A DNA stretch of 64,000 nucleotides from NCBI GenBank assembly GCA_041946735.1, contig JBHGAY010000027.1, forward strand, positions 1-64,000, read 5' to 3'. This document shows positions 46,551-56,904 of the stretch, piece by piece. The stretch's first letter is position 1. Each line of letters opens with the position of its first letter. The notes below the pieces were generated by a model, which saw only the letters and a program-made list of their open reading frames with translations, had not been told where the DNA came from and did no database searches. This stretch comes from Candidatus Eiseniibacteriota bacterium. GTDB taxonomy: Bacteria; Eisenbacteria; RBG-16-71-46; CAIMUX01; VGJL01. The position numbers were made by a program, and so were the translations under genes.

Positions 46551-46813
46551 CTTTCTCTCCTCTTTTTCATGTCCTTCCGTGTCCTTCTCTATGCGGCCCC
46601 TTCGTGGAACCGCTCTCACGTGGGATACAATCGCAAGGCGGAGCGGCGGGAGTCTGGCCGTGCGTCGCCAACGCTTGACCGAGCGTCCGGAAGCGCCCTC
46701 GTCGTATACCGGACGTCCAGCGATCCTTGCCGAGCGTCCGCCGGCTTTGCGAAGGTCGAGAAAATCCGGGAGAAAAGGCCGACAAACCACCACCGGCCGC
46801 GGTGAGGGGATTC

Positions 46814-47857
46814 GTGAGCGCTGACACTCTGTCCGACCTGTTGCGAGCGGTGCGGTTCCGGGGAGCGATCTTCTACTACATCGAGGGCGCTTCACCCTGG
46901 GTGGCGGAGGCCCCGCCGGCCCGCGAGATCCTGCCGGCGATTCTTCCCGGCTCGGAGCACATGATCGAGTTCCATGGGATCGCGGAAGGCTCCTGCTGGG
47001 CAGCGATCACCGGGGAGTCGCCAATGCGTCTCGAGCGGGACGACGTGATTCTCTTTCCCCAAGGCGACTCGCACGTGCTGTCGAGCGCGCCCGGCATGCG
47101 CGCTCCGACGCCGGACAAGGACTTCTACTTCTCGCCGCGCCCTCCTCAGCTTCCTTTCGTCCTCAGCATGAAGGAGACCTCGGTTACGACCGCGCGTCTC
47201 GACGGCGGCGGGCGGGATCGCACGACCATCGTCTGCGGCTTCCTGGGTCTCGACGCGCGCCCGTTCAACCCGCTGATCGCGGCGCTCCCCCGCGTCCTGC
47301 GCATCCCTGGCAGCGCTCTCGGCCCCGACTCGTGGGTGTCGTCCTTCTTGCGGACGGTCGTCGTCGAGTCGAATCAGAGGCGCCCCGGCGGCGAGGCGGT
47401 GCTGGAGCGGATGAGTGAGATGCTCTTCGTGGAGGTCCTGCGGCGTCACATCGACTCGCTGCCCGACGAGCAGACGGGATGGCTCGCGGGGATGCGCGAT
47501 CCGCTCGTCGGCCGCGCGCTGGCGCTCCTGCACTCGCGACCGGCGGACCCGTGGTCGCTCGAGAAGCTGAGCAAGGACGTCGGCCTCTCACGCTCGGCGC
47601 TCCACGAACGCTTCGTGCACTTCATCGGGCAGGCGCCGATGCAGTATCTGATGCGCTGGCGGATGCAGATCGCGGCCGGCCTCCTGCGCGACACGAACGC
47701 GAAGCTCGTCGAGATCGCGCTCGATGCCGGCTACGAGAGCGAAGCCGCCTTCTGTCGCGCCTTCAAGCGGGAAGTCGGCGTCTCCCCGGGCGCCTGGCGG
47801 CGGGGCCGGAGAGAGCCGGCGCCTCCGGCCGGCGAGCGGCCGGAGGCGGTCCGATGA
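46814..47857 (+). CDS. AraC family regulator with Cupin_6 domain (RclR-like)
   Basis: DTLSDLL, GSCW, IVCGFL, GWLAGMRDP, WSLEKL, SRSALHERF, YESEAAFCRAFKR. Confidence 0.9.
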   Translation: MSADTLSDLLRAVRFRGAIFYYIEGASPWVAEAPPAREILPAILPGSEHMIEFHGIAEGSCWAAITGESPMRLERDDVILFPQGDSHVLSSAPGMRAPTPDKDFYFSPRPPQLPFVLSMKETSVTTARLDGGGRDRTTIVCGFLGLDARPFNPLIAALPRVLRIPGSALGPDSWVSSFLRTVVVESNQRRPGGEAVLERMSEMLFVEVLRRHIDSLPDEQTGWLAGMRDPLVGRALALLHSRPADPWSLEKLSKDVGLSRSALHERFVHFIGQAPMQYLMRWRMQIAAGLLRDTNAKLVEIALDAGYESEAAFCRAFKREVGVSPGAWRRGRREPAPPAGERPEAVR

Positions 47858-47867
47858 GGGGCGTGGT

Positions 47868-49259
47868 TCAGGGCTTCTCGGCGCGGAACGACCAGCGCAT
47901 CGCGCCCCAGGAGAGGCTCTTCGTCCGGACGACGTTGCAGGAGGCGCCGAGCGCGCCGATCGTGCCGCAGCCGCCCGTATTGGCCGCCTCGCACGGACTC
48001 TCGTAGGCGATCCGGAAGTCCCCGCTCGGCTCCGAGCAGAACATGGGGTCCGCGGAGATGTTGTCGCGCACCTCGAAGCCCGGGATGCCGTTTTCGAGCG
48101 CTCCCTTCCAAATGTCGTTGCAGGCGGCGTCCCCGGGTCCCTGCTGGGCGAGGACGACGTTGCCTCGCGCGACGATGTTGTTCTCGAAGACGAGGCCCCC
48201 GCTGCGCGAATCGAAGCCGCATCGGACGAACGTGTTCCCGCGCACTTGCACGTCGCCCACCGTGTAGTTCAGCTCGACGACCGGCGCCGCGGCGCTGTCC
48301 GCTCCCATCGCATGATGGAACAGGTTTCCTTCGAGGCGGACCTGCTCAGAAGGTCCGGGGCCCTGGAGGCGCAGGCGCGTCGCGAGCGGGACGCTTCCTT
48401 CGTCCAGGAAACGGTTGTTGCGGATCGCGACGACGGGGCCGGAGACGATCAGGATCCCGATCGGGTCGGCGGTCCCGGCGTCGCAGCTCGAGCGGAAGGT
48501 GCAGTCGTGAATGCTCGTCTGCTGCATGTCGACGTATAGGAACGAACCGAAGTGGATGCCGTGCGAGGACTCGAACTCGCAGCCTTCGAGGATGACCGCA
48601 TCCTCCCCTTCGACGAGAAGCGCCCCGCCGTAGGCCTCGGTCAGGTTGCCGGTGAAGCGGGTGCCGGAGATCTCCACGCGCCCGATCGGGCTGGCCCAGA
48701 TCGCTCCGCCGCCGACCGCGAGGACGTTCCCCTCGCCCGTCGAGTTCTCCTCGAAGACGCAGTCGGAGATCTCGAGCCACGTGCCGGCGGCATCTCCCGA
48801 CCAATGAATCGCTCCTCCGGCGACGCCATCGAAACCGAGCTGCGTTCCCGATCCCTTCCGCAAGGTCAGCCCGTGGATCGTGAGGCCGGCGGGATCGTCG
48901 GTCGTCCGGTAGAAGATGCTCCCCGCCCGCCCCGCGATCGCGCGGCTCCCGTCGAGGATCGTCGATTCCGCTCCCGAGGTGCCGAGGAACACGAGCGACT
49001 TGCCATCGAGAGCGACATGCTCGTAGTACGTCCCGGGCGCGATCCGCACGGTGTCGCCGCTCGAGGCCTGGGCCACGACCGCTCCGACGCGATCTTCCGG
49101 CTGGGACGGATCGGGCGTGACATCCCATGTCGCGGCGCGGGCGGCGCCCGCCTCGATGCCGAGGGCGAGGCCGAGGCCGAGGCCAATCACGGCGCCACGA
49201 ACGACGGTGCCGGCGATGCTGCGGGCGATGGCGGGCGGTGCGATCCGGGTGCGATTCAT
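47868..49259 (-). CDS. Secreted right-handed beta-helix protein with C-terminal SWG tail
   Basis: Signal peptide, GDTVRIAPGTYYE, repeated GGAI...F..N, NISADPMFC, SPC...CGTIGALG. Ends TKSLSWGAMRWSFRAEKP. Confidence 0.8.
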   Translation of the reverse strand: MNRTRIAPPAIARSIAGTVVRGAVIGLGLGLALGIEAGAARAATWDVTPDPSQPEDRVGAVVAQASSGDTVRIAPGTYYEHVALDGKSLVFLGTSGAESTILDGSRAIAGRAGSIFYRTTDDPAGLTIHGLTLRKGSGTQLGFDGVAGGAIHWSGDAAGTWLEISDCVFEENSTGEGNVLAVGGGAIWASPIGRVEISGTRFTGNLTEAYGGALLVEGEDAVILEGCEFESSHGIHFGSFLYVDMQQTSIHDCTFRSSCDAGTADPIGILIVSGPVVAIRNNRFLDEGSVPLATRLRLQGPGPSEQVRLEGNLFHHAMGADSAAAPVVELNYTVGDVQVRGNTFVRCGFDSRSGGLVFENNIVARGNVVLAQQGPGDAACNDIWKGALENGIPGFEVRDNISADPMFCSEPSGDFRIAYESPCEAANTGGCGTIGALGASCNVVRTKSLSWGAMRWSFRAEKP

Positions 49260-49563
49260 TTCCTCCTCCGGGGGAATTGGGGCGAACGATGCCGGAGGGG
49301 ATGGGGGATCGCCGGCACCGGCCCGGCGCGCGAAGCGCGGTCGCGCAAGGGCGGCCATGGCCGCCGCCATTCGCATTCGCCGAACGCGGCAGGATGCCGC
49401 GGGCCGCTTCCCGGCCCGATGACTAAAGACATTCGCCGGGAAGAAAGTCAGGCACGGCCGAACCGACAGCGACGATCGTTCGGCGAGCTCCGGAGCGGCC
49501 GCGCCTTTCTCCGGCCAGCTCCGGGAGCCGCCAGCCGGGACCCGGGGCCCGGCCGCGGCGCGG

Positions 49564-50115
49564 CTAGACGGCGAGCCGCTTGACGAAGGGCTCGAACGTC
49601 ATGAAGTCCGCGTGATGGACGATGTACGCCTCCACCGACCGCGTGACGAGGTTCCCCTCTCCGGCGTGCGTGGCGACGATGTGCGTGACGGCGTCCGGCA
49701 GACCGCACTCCATGGCGACGGCGACCCCGGTGAACGGGTGGCGCAGGTACTTCCCACGCGCGCTCTGCCGCGACTTCCCTTCCGCGTCTTTCTCGTACTC
49801 GAGGAGCTTGCCGACGTCGGCGAGGATCGCGCCCGCGAGCAGCACGTCCATGTCGATCGGAAGGCTGGCGCCGAAGAACTCCTGCATCCTCTCGCCAGCC
49901 GATCGCGACACGTGCACGACGAGCCGCTTGTGGGCGAGGAAGCTGACCGGGCAATCGGGGACGAGCAACGTGAAAGGGATCCTGTCGAGATCGGAGGGCT
50001 GGAGCGGGGACAGCTCGAACGCGCGCACCCAGCAGTCCAGCACCTTCTCCCGCAGTCCCGCATCGGAGATCCAGTCGATCTCGGGCCAGATCTTCTTCAC
50101 GTCGTCTCGCAACAT
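49564..50115 (-). CDS. HD/HDIG-superfamily protein
   Basis: H..LV, GAILADVGKLLEY, RHPF, HHAD. The HD dyad reads AD. Confidence 0.8.
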   Translation of the reverse strand: MLRDDVKKIWPEIDWISDAGLREKVLDCWVRAFELSPLQPSDLDRIPFTLLVPDCPVSFLAHKRLVVHVSRSAGERMQEFFGASLPIDMDVLLAGAILADVGKLLEYEKDAEGKSRQSARGKYLRHPFTGVAVAMECGLPDAVTHIVATHAGEGNLVTRSVEAYIVHHADFMTFEPFVKRLAV

Positions 50116-50367
50116 CGCAGCCTCCCTCGTTCTCCCCCGCCCCCGGGCGGTCGTTGCCTCCATCGTTCGCCGGGCCGGGGCGCGCCTTCCGCCCCGTCCC
50201 GCTTTCCCGGCGCGGCGGCATCCTCCGGCCGCGCTCGGGAGCGCCGATTCTCGCATCCCCTTCCGGACGGTTCAACCGCGCCGCCGGTCCGCCGTATGAG
50301 CACGCGGCGGGAAGTCCAGGCCCGCGGCCGCGGCCAAACCGGCCCGACGCGGCCCAAAGCCCGCCGT

Positions 50368-50396
50368 TCGACCGCGCCGCCCCGCTTCGCTATAGT
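50368..50396 (+). promoter_or_regulatory. Possible sigma70-type promoter for the S9 peptidase
   Basis: TCGACC-N17-TATAGT. Confidence 0.4.
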
Positions 50397-50511
50397 TCCC
50401 ACGGCTCGCCGCTGCCGCCTGGGCAGGCGGCGCCCCGGATCCGGCTCCCGGATTCGGAGTCCGACTCCTCGGACGGCCGTCCGGGGAAGGAATAAGGAAG
50501 TGAGGTCGCAC

Positions 50512-52440
50512 ATGTCTTCGCTCTCGATTCCCGGCTGCGTGGCAATGGCCGGCCTGGCCGTCGCGCTGCTCGCCTCGGTCCTCCCCGTCACCCCCGCGTA
50601 CGGCGACGGCTTGCCGCCCCTGATCCCGATGCGGGACTTCTTCCGCAACCCGGAGAAGGTCGCGTACGAGCTCTCTCCGAACGGGGAATATCTGGCCTTC
50701 CTCGCTCCATGGGAGTCGCGCCTCAACGTTCACGTGCAGAAGATCGGCGAGGAGACGGTGACGCGCGTTACTTCGGCCAAGGAGCGCGACATCCTCGGAT
50801 ACATCTGGAAAGGGAACGGCCGGATCCTCTACGTCCAGGACACCGCGGGCGACGAGAACTATCGCGCGTACGCGGTCGGGATCGACGGGAGCAACCTCAA
50901 AGAGCTGACCCCCTTCGAGAAGGTGCAGGTCCGCTTCGTCGACGAGCTGAAGGACGACGACGCGCACATGCTGATCTCCATGAACAAGCGCGATCCGCGG
51001 CTCTTCGACGTCTACCGGATCGACGTGAACACCGGCGAGATGGAAATGATCGCCGAGAATCCGGGCAACATCGCGGGCTGGGTCACCGACAACGCCGGGA
51101 AGCTTCGCTGCGCGGTGACCTCCGACGGCGTGCAGACGAGCCTCCTCTATCGCGCCACCGAGGCGGACTCCTTCCGCACGGTCCTGACGACGAGCTTCAA
51201 GGAGACGCTCTCTCCGCTCTACTTCACGTTCGACGACAAGATGCTCTACGTCACGTCGAACCTCGGCCGCGACAAGCGCGCGATCTACACCTACGATCCC
51301 GAAACCGCGAAGCTCGGCGACCTGATCTACGAGAATCCGGACGTCGACGTCGACAACCTCCTGCGGTCCGAGAAGCGGAAGGTGATCACCGGAGTCTCCT
51401 ATGTGACCGACAAGCAGCATTACCATTTCCTCGACGACCAGCGCCGCGCCATGCAGGAGGACCTCGAAAAGCAGCTTCCGAACCGTAACGTCGTGCTCGC
51501 CGGAATGAGCCGCGACGAGACGAAGTTCCTCGTTGTGACCTACGGCGACAAGTCGCTCGGCTCGTACTACTTCTACGATCTGTCCTCGAAGAAGTTGTCG
51601 AAGCTCGCGGACATCAGCCCCTGGATCGACGAGCAGCAGATGGCGGACATGAAGCCGGTCTCGTACAAGTCGCGCGACGGCCTCACGATTCACGGCTATC
51701 TCACGCTCCCCCGCGGTGTGGAAGCGAAGAACCTCCCGGTCGTGGTCAATCCGCATGGCGGGCCGTGGTATCGGGATCAGTGGGGATGGAATCCGGAAGT
51801 GCAGTTCCTCGCGAACCGCGGCTATGCCGTCCTGCAAATGAACTTCCGCGGGTCGACCGGATACGGCAAGGAGTTCTGGCAGGCTTCCTTCAAGGAGTGG
51901 GGGAAGAAGATGCAGGACGACATCACCGACGGCGCGCAGTGGCTGATCGACCAGGGGATCGCCGACCCGAAGCGGATCGCGATCTACGGCGGCTCCTACG
52001 GCGGCTACGCGACGCTGGCCGGCATGACGTTCACGCCGGATCTCTATGCCTGCGGCGTCGACTATGTCGGCGTCTCGAACCTTTTCACGTTCCTGAACTC
52101 GATTCCGCCCTACTGGGAGCTGATGCGGCAGATGTTCTTCGAGATGATCGGCGATCCCGAGAGCGACAAGGCACTCCTGGAGGAGGCTTCGCCGTTCTTC
52201 CACGCCGATCACATCAAGGCTCCGCTGATGGTTGCCCAGGGCCTGAACGATCCGCGAGTGAAGAAGGCGGAATCGGATCAGATCGTCGATGCGTTGAAGG
52301 CTCGGGGCATCGACGTCCCGTACATGGTGAAGGAGAACGAGGGACACGGGTTCCTGCTCGAGGAGAACCGCTTCGACTTCTATCGAGCGATGGAGCAGTT
52401 CCTCGGCCGCCATATCGGCGGGCGGGTGGAGAAGGTGTAG
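50512..52440 (+). CDS. Exported S9 family peptidase (acylaminoacyl/dipeptidyl peptidase-like)
   Basis: Signal peptide, propeller, HGGPW, NFRGSTGYG, GGSYGG, NDPRV, EGHGF. Confidence 0.95.
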   Translation: MSSLSIPGCVAMAGLAVALLASVLPVTPAYGDGLPPLIPMRDFFRNPEKVAYELSPNGEYLAFLAPWESRLNVHVQKIGEETVTRVTSAKERDILGYIWKGNGRILYVQDTAGDENYRAYAVGIDGSNLKELTPFEKVQVRFVDELKDDDAHMLISMNKRDPRLFDVYRIDVNTGEMEMIAENPGNIAGWVTDNAGKLRCAVTSDGVQTSLLYRATEADSFRTVLTTSFKETLSPLYFTFDDKMLYVTSNLGRDKRAIYTYDPETAKLGDLIYENPDVDVDNLLRSEKRKVITGVSYVTDKQHYHFLDDQRRAMQEDLEKQLPNRNVVLAGMSRDETKFLVVTYGDKSLGSYYFYDLSSKKLSKLADISPWIDEQQMADMKPVSYKSRDGLTIHGYLTLPRGVEAKNLPVVVNPHGGPWYRDQWGWNPEVQFLANRGYAVLQMNFRGSTGYGKEFWQASFKEWGKKMQDDITDGAQWLIDQGIADPKRIAIYGGSYGGYATLAGMTFTPDLYACGVDYVGVSNLFTFLNSIPPYWELMRQMFFEMIGDPESDKALLEEASPFFHADHIKAPLMVAQGLNDPRVKKAESDQIVDALKARGIDVPYMVKENEGHGFLLEENRFDFYRAMEQFLGRHIGGRVEKV

Positions 52441-52550
52441 CCGTAGCGACAGCGCGATCGATGGCGCGAGGGAGCGAGCCGGAACTCTCCGGCCCGCTCT
52501 CTTCGCCTGAAGCGATCGAGGAAAAGCGATCGAGGAGAGGAGATCCGGCG

Positions 52551-53381
52551 ATGTCGACAGCGATTCCCGCGCCGATGCCTTCACCCACGCCGCCGCCCGC
52601 ACCCGTCCGCATGCCTGCGCTCTTCCTCGGACACGGCAACCCCATGAACGCGATCGAGGACAATGTCTATTCCCGCGCCTGGCGAAGCGTCGCGGCGAGC
52701 CTCCCGCGACCCCGGTCGATCCTCTGCGTCTCGGCCCACTGGTACCTGCCCGGCTCGCGCGTCACGGCGGGCGGCCACCCTCGAACCATCCACGACTTCG
52801 GCGGCTTCCCGCGACCCTTGTACGAAGTGCGCTACTCGGCGCCCGGCTCCGACGGTCTCGCCGCCCGGGTGCGCCAGCTTCTCGCGCCCGCTCCGGCCGT
52901 CCCGGACGGGACCTGGGGGCTCGATCACGGCGCCTGGTCGCTGCTGGTCCATCTCTTCCCCGAAGCGGACGTCCCGGTCGTCCAGCTTTCGATCGACGAA
53001 ACGCGAACCGGCCCCGAGCATCTCGAGATCGCTCGCCGGCTCCGCCCCCTGCGTGACGAAGGGGTGCTGATCCTCGGCTCGGGCAACGCCGTCCACAATC
53101 TGCACAGTTACGCCTGGGGATCGCCGAGGCGCGATGCATATCCATGGGCCGCACGGTTCGAGGCATGGCTGCGGGAGCGCATCGAGGCTCGGGACTTCAC
53201 GACGATCGCCGCCTACGAGACGACGGGAGGCGAGGACGCCGATCTTGCTGCTCCAACCCCGGAGCACTTCCTGCCGCTGCTCTACGTGCTGGCGCAGGCG
53301 GGCGCGGGCGAGGCGATCGGCTTCCCCGTCGAAGGCTTCGATGGGGGGTCGGTCTCGATGTTGGGCGTCCGGGTCGGCTGA
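52551..53381 (+). CDS. ygiD: 4,5-DOPA extradiol dioxygenase (LigB family)
   Basis: LFLGHGNPMN, SAHW, TIHDFGGFP, WGLDHGAW, GSGNAVHNL, PTPEHFLPL. Confidence 0.9.
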   Translation: MSTAIPAPMPSPTPPPAPVRMPALFLGHGNPMNAIEDNVYSRAWRSVAASLPRPRSILCVSAHWYLPGSRVTAGGHPRTIHDFGGFPRPLYEVRYSAPGSDGLAARVRQLLAPAPAVPDGTWGLDHGAWSLLVHLFPEADVPVVQLSIDETRTGPEHLEIARRLRPLRDEGVLILGSGNAVHNLHSYAWGSPRRDAYPWAARFEAWLRERIEARDFTTIAAYETTGGEDADLAAPTPEHFLPLLYVLAQAGAGEAIGFPVEGFDGGSVSMLGVRVG

Positions 53382-53545
53382 GCGCACGAACCCACTCAGC
53401 CTCCGTCTGCTCACGGTGACAGCCTGGCGTGGGAGAACCATCGCCGTCCCTTGACGCTCCCCCCGCGCCGCCGCTACTGTCCCTTCGTCTCGAAGCGATG
53501 GCCGCTTCGATCTCGAGCGACGTCCGACAAGGACCGGAGCGATCG

Positions 53546-55180
53546 ATGCTCTACCCTCGCCGCAGCACCGAGCGCGCATGCAGCCCCCAATGCCCATGCA
53601 GCCCCGAGCGCGCATGCAGCCCCGCACGCTTCCTGGCCGCTCAGTTCTCGGTCCTGTTCTCGGTCCTGTTCGCGGCCCTTCTCTTCGCATCCTGCGCGGA
53701 AGACTCGCCCGACGTCCGCCCGTGCGAGTACTACGACGTGGGCGCCATCGCCGGCCAGTTGCGGCCCGGCGGACTCGGCGCCGTCTTCGAGGTCGCGGCG
53801 TATCACGCTCCGGGAACGCCGTCGGGGCCGCCCTCCTTCTCGACCCGATCCGACTCCACCGGAAGCTTCCACCTGGAACTCCCCTCCGGGGTCTACCAGA
53901 TCCTGATCGCGGAGAAGATCCGCTCCGGCACGAGCGATCCCCCTATCCACATCGATTCACTGCACGTGGGCCTCGGGATCCGAACGCTGCATCTCGACGC
54001 GGGACGTCTGGAGATCCGGCTCCGCGATCTCCCGCAGTCGATGCACGGAAGCAGCATCGCCCTCGTCGCGAGGCAGGCCAACGTCGATCCGCGCCTCCAA
54101 TACTCCGAGAGACGCAATGCCACGATCCGCGGCCCCGAGCTGAACGTTCTCTTCCCGATCCTTCCTGCGGGGAGGTACCGGATCGAGATCTCGCTCCGAA
54201 GCGGGCCGACCCTCTGGATGCCGGGAGTTTCGGACCCGGCACTGGCGGACGAGGTCCCGGTCTCCAACGACGAGCCGGCGGTCTATGCGGTGAGCTACGC
54301 CTCGGCGGCCCAGCTTCGCGGCACGATCCACCTTCCGCCGGAGATCGCCGATCTCGCATGGCCCTACCTCTACGCGTTCGACGCGGACTCGGCGCGCGTG
54401 GCGGAGCTGGCCGTGCCGCCGGAGGAGCCGTTCGTCGTCGACCTCCTCACGGCGACTCCGGTCCGGCTCCTTCTGGACCACCGGAGGACGACTCGATGGG
54501 TCGGTGGCGATTCCTACGAAGACGCGACGGTGTTCGAGCCGCCGCCCGGCGGCTCGATCGAGGGGATCGACATCTACGAGGCAGGAATCTACTGCGAGCT
54601 GCAAGGTCCTGGCGACTTCTCGGACGACATGAACGTGCGGCTGATCCGAGCGGACGGAGAGGAGATCCCGATCCCGCTCCCGCTGAGCAGTTCTCCGCTG
54701 GTCCTCGCGAACCTCGCTCCCGGGACCTACTTCCTGCAGCTGCGGCACGGCTGCTCGCAGCCGTGGGCGCCCTGCTGGTATGCCGATTCGCCATCGCTCG
54801 AGAACGCGACGCCGATCGTGATCACCGGCGAGCAGGAGCTGGCGCGGATCGAAATGTCTCTCGTCGCCGGGGGAGCGATCTCGGGGACTCTGATCGCCGG
54901 CGACTGCGGCTCCGTCGGGTACCGGTATCTGCTGCTGATCGAGGAGAGCGGCCGGAGCGTCTGCTCCCGGAATGCCGATCGAGCGGGGGCGTTCGTCTTC
55001 CAGGGCCTCGCCGACGGCCTCTATCGCATCTCCCTCGAGGACTGCTCGACCGAGTGGTGGTATCCGGGCACCGCCGATCCGGATTCGGCCGCGACGATCG
55101 CCATCGTCGATCACTCGACCCACTCCGGGCTGCTGTGGCCGCTCTCCTTCCGGGACGCGGCCGCGCGGGGGACGCGATGA
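53546..55180 (+). CDS. Lipoprotein with repeated beta-sandwich (carboxypeptidase-regulatory-like) modules
   Basis: Lipobox FASC. Repeats L..G.Y followed by W(Y)xG/D...A. Paralog of the next gene. Start approximate. Confidence 0.7.
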   Translation: MLYPRRSTERACSPQCPCSPERACSPARFLAAQFSVLFSVLFAALLFASCAEDSPDVRPCEYYDVGAIAGQLRPGGLGAVFEVAAYHAPGTPSGPPSFSTRSDSTGSFHLELPSGVYQILIAEKIRSGTSDPPIHIDSLHVGLGIRTLHLDAGRLEIRLRDLPQSMHGSSIALVARQANVDPRLQYSERRNATIRGPELNVLFPILPAGRYRIEISLRSGPTLWMPGVSDPALADEVPVSNDEPAVYAVSYASAAQLRGTIHLPPEIADLAWPYLYAFDADSARVAELAVPPEEPFVVDLLTATPVRLLLDHRRTTRWVGGDSYEDATVFEPPPGGSIEGIDIYEAGIYCELQGPGDFSDDMNVRLIRADGEEIPIPLPLSSSPLVLANLAPGTYFLQLRHGCSQPWAPCWYADSPSLENATPIVITGEQELARIEMSLVAGGAISGTLIAGDCGSVGYRYLLLIEESGRSVCSRNADRAGAFVFQGLADGLYRISLEDCSTEWWYPGTADPDSAATIAIVDHSTHSGLLWPLSFRDAAARGTR

Positions 55181-56904
55181 GATCTCGCCCCATCGTCCTC
55201 GCTCTCGGCGTCGCGCGTCGGCTCGGGTTCCGGCTCGCGCTCCGGCTCGGGCTCGGCCTCGGCGTCGGCCTTGCACTCTGTCTCGCGCTCTGCCTCCCCT
55301 TCCTGCCCGGCTGTTCAGAAGAAGATGGGACCGAAAGCCCATGCGCGCCGCCCGTGCCGGGGGGACGCATCGAAGGGGAGGTCCGCCTGGGGGATAAAGC
55401 CTCCGGCGTCACGATCACGGCGACGCGAGTGCCGGAGCGTCCCGGCGACGTCTTCGTCCTCGACCGCTCCACGGAGGCCGACGGAACCTTCGGGTTCGAC
55501 GTTCCGGCCGGGCGCTACATCGTCTCGTGCTTCTCCTACGGCTATGCCGAGGACGGGCTGCGCGAGGGGGCGGCTTCCGGCGAGACGCTCGTCGTCGAAC
55601 CGCTCACGTCCCCGGTGCGCGTCCGGTTCGATCTTGCGACGCTCAGCGTGGCGCTCGCCGTGCCCCCTTTCCTGGATGGTGAGACGGCGGCGATCCGCCT
55701 CGATCGAGAGACCGACCCGAACCCCGACGGCAATGCATCGAGCTACGTGAGGAAAGCCTCGATGCAGGTCGCGGGCGGGCAGGCGAACATCGTTCTCCGC
55801 GGCGTCCTCCCCGGCCGGTACCGCCTCCGCGTGGAGCTCGGCCTGCGCGTCTATTCCTGCATCGGCTGCGTGCACGCCGGCGAGTTCGTGTGGTACCCCT
55901 CGGTACGCGCTCCGGCCGAAGCGGAGTGGCTGGACTTTCCGCCGGACGGCCGCCTCGATCTCTCCATGGATCTCTCCGCTCAAGCCTCACGGATGACGGG
56001 CACGGTCGGCGGAGCGTGGAGGGAGATGCAAACGGGCCCGCCGGACATCCGCGTCTTCGACCTCGACGGCCACCTCCTCCTCGGCCCGCGAACGATCGAG
56101 GACGACGGCACCGCCGCGATCGACATGCTCTACCACGGCCCCGTGAAGGTCCTCATCGAGCACAACGGAATCGGGGCGTGGGTCGGCGGAATGGGCTTCG
56201 ACGAAGCTCTGGAGATACCGCTCGAGCCCGGCACGACCGCCACCTTCGACCACGAGGAGAGCGGCATCCTCGTGGAGACCGAGTCGTCCGAGTACCTCTG
56301 GTCCTTCGAGCCTCTCCGTGTCTTCCGAGCGGACGGGACTGAGGTCGGCCTCCTCCACACCCACATGGCGCCGGTTCCCTTCCCCATCGCCATTCCCAAT
56401 CTCGGTCCCGGCGAGTACCGGATCCGAATCGAGGGAGAGATGGGAAGCGATCCCTGGATCCCGCAGTGGTTCGACGGAGCCCTGCGGACCGAGGACGCGA
56501 CGACGATCCCGGTTTCTCGCGCCGGTGAGACGGTGCGTCGCACGATCCACTTGATCCGGGGCGCGACCATCTCAGGGACGATCCGCACCGATACCGGTCC
56601 GGACTACCGCCGCTACACGGTGTTTCTCACGTCCGCAGACGATCCGGCGATCCTCGCCTACGACTGGTCGGCGACTGCGACGGGACGGTTCGAGATGATC
56701 GGCGTGCCCGATGGCTCGTGGAAGCTCGGGATCCGAGCGACGGAGGACGATGGCGGGGACTATGCCGGCGGCGATGCCGGCGGCGCCCCGCATACGATCT
56801 GGTTCCCCGGCACGTCCGATTGGGCGGCGTCGCAGCCGATCGTGATCGCAGACCTCGAGGACGTCACCGCCGACTTCCTGGTGTCCGGCAGGCGCCCGCG
56901 CTAG
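55177..56904 (+). CDS. Paralogous lipoprotein with repeated beta-sandwich modules
   Basis: Lipobox LPGC, WYPS, WVGG, WFDG, WFPGT motifs collinear with the previous gene. ATGA overlap. Confidence 0.7.
   Translation: MRSRPIVLALGVARRLGFRLALRLGLGLGVGLALCLALCLPFLPGCSEEDGTESPCAPPVPGGRIEGEVRLGDKASGVTITATRVPERPGDVFVLDRSTEADGTFGFDVPAGRYIVSCFSYGYAEDGLREGAASGETLVVEPLTSPVRVRFDLATLSVALAVPPFLDGETAAIRLDRETDPNPDGNASSYVRKASMQVAGGQANIVLRGVLPGRYRLRVELGLRVYSCIGCVHAGEFVWYPSVRAPAEAEWLDFPPDGRLDLSMDLSAQASRMTGTVGGAWREMQTGPPDIRVFDLDGHLLLGPRTIEDDGTAAIDMLYHGPVKVLIEHNGIGAWVGGMGFDEALEIPLEPGTTATFDHEESGILVETESSEYLWSFEPLRVFRADGTEVGLLHTHMAPVPFPIAIPNLGPGEYRIRIEGEMGSDPWIPQWFDGALRTEDATTIPVSRAGETVRRTIHLIRGATISGTIRTDTGPDYRRYTVFLTSADDPAILAYDWSATATGRFEMIGVPDGSWKLGIRATEDDGGDYAGGDAGGAPHTIWFPGTSDWAASQPIVIADLEDVTADFLVSGRRPR

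Noticed and set aside
49612..50511. Long N-terminal extensions in the ORF track (S9 peptidase; also murA, motB, the 1108-aa lipoprotein ORF)
   Set aside because: They overlap other real genes and precede clear RBS/signal-peptide starts, so starts were trimmed.
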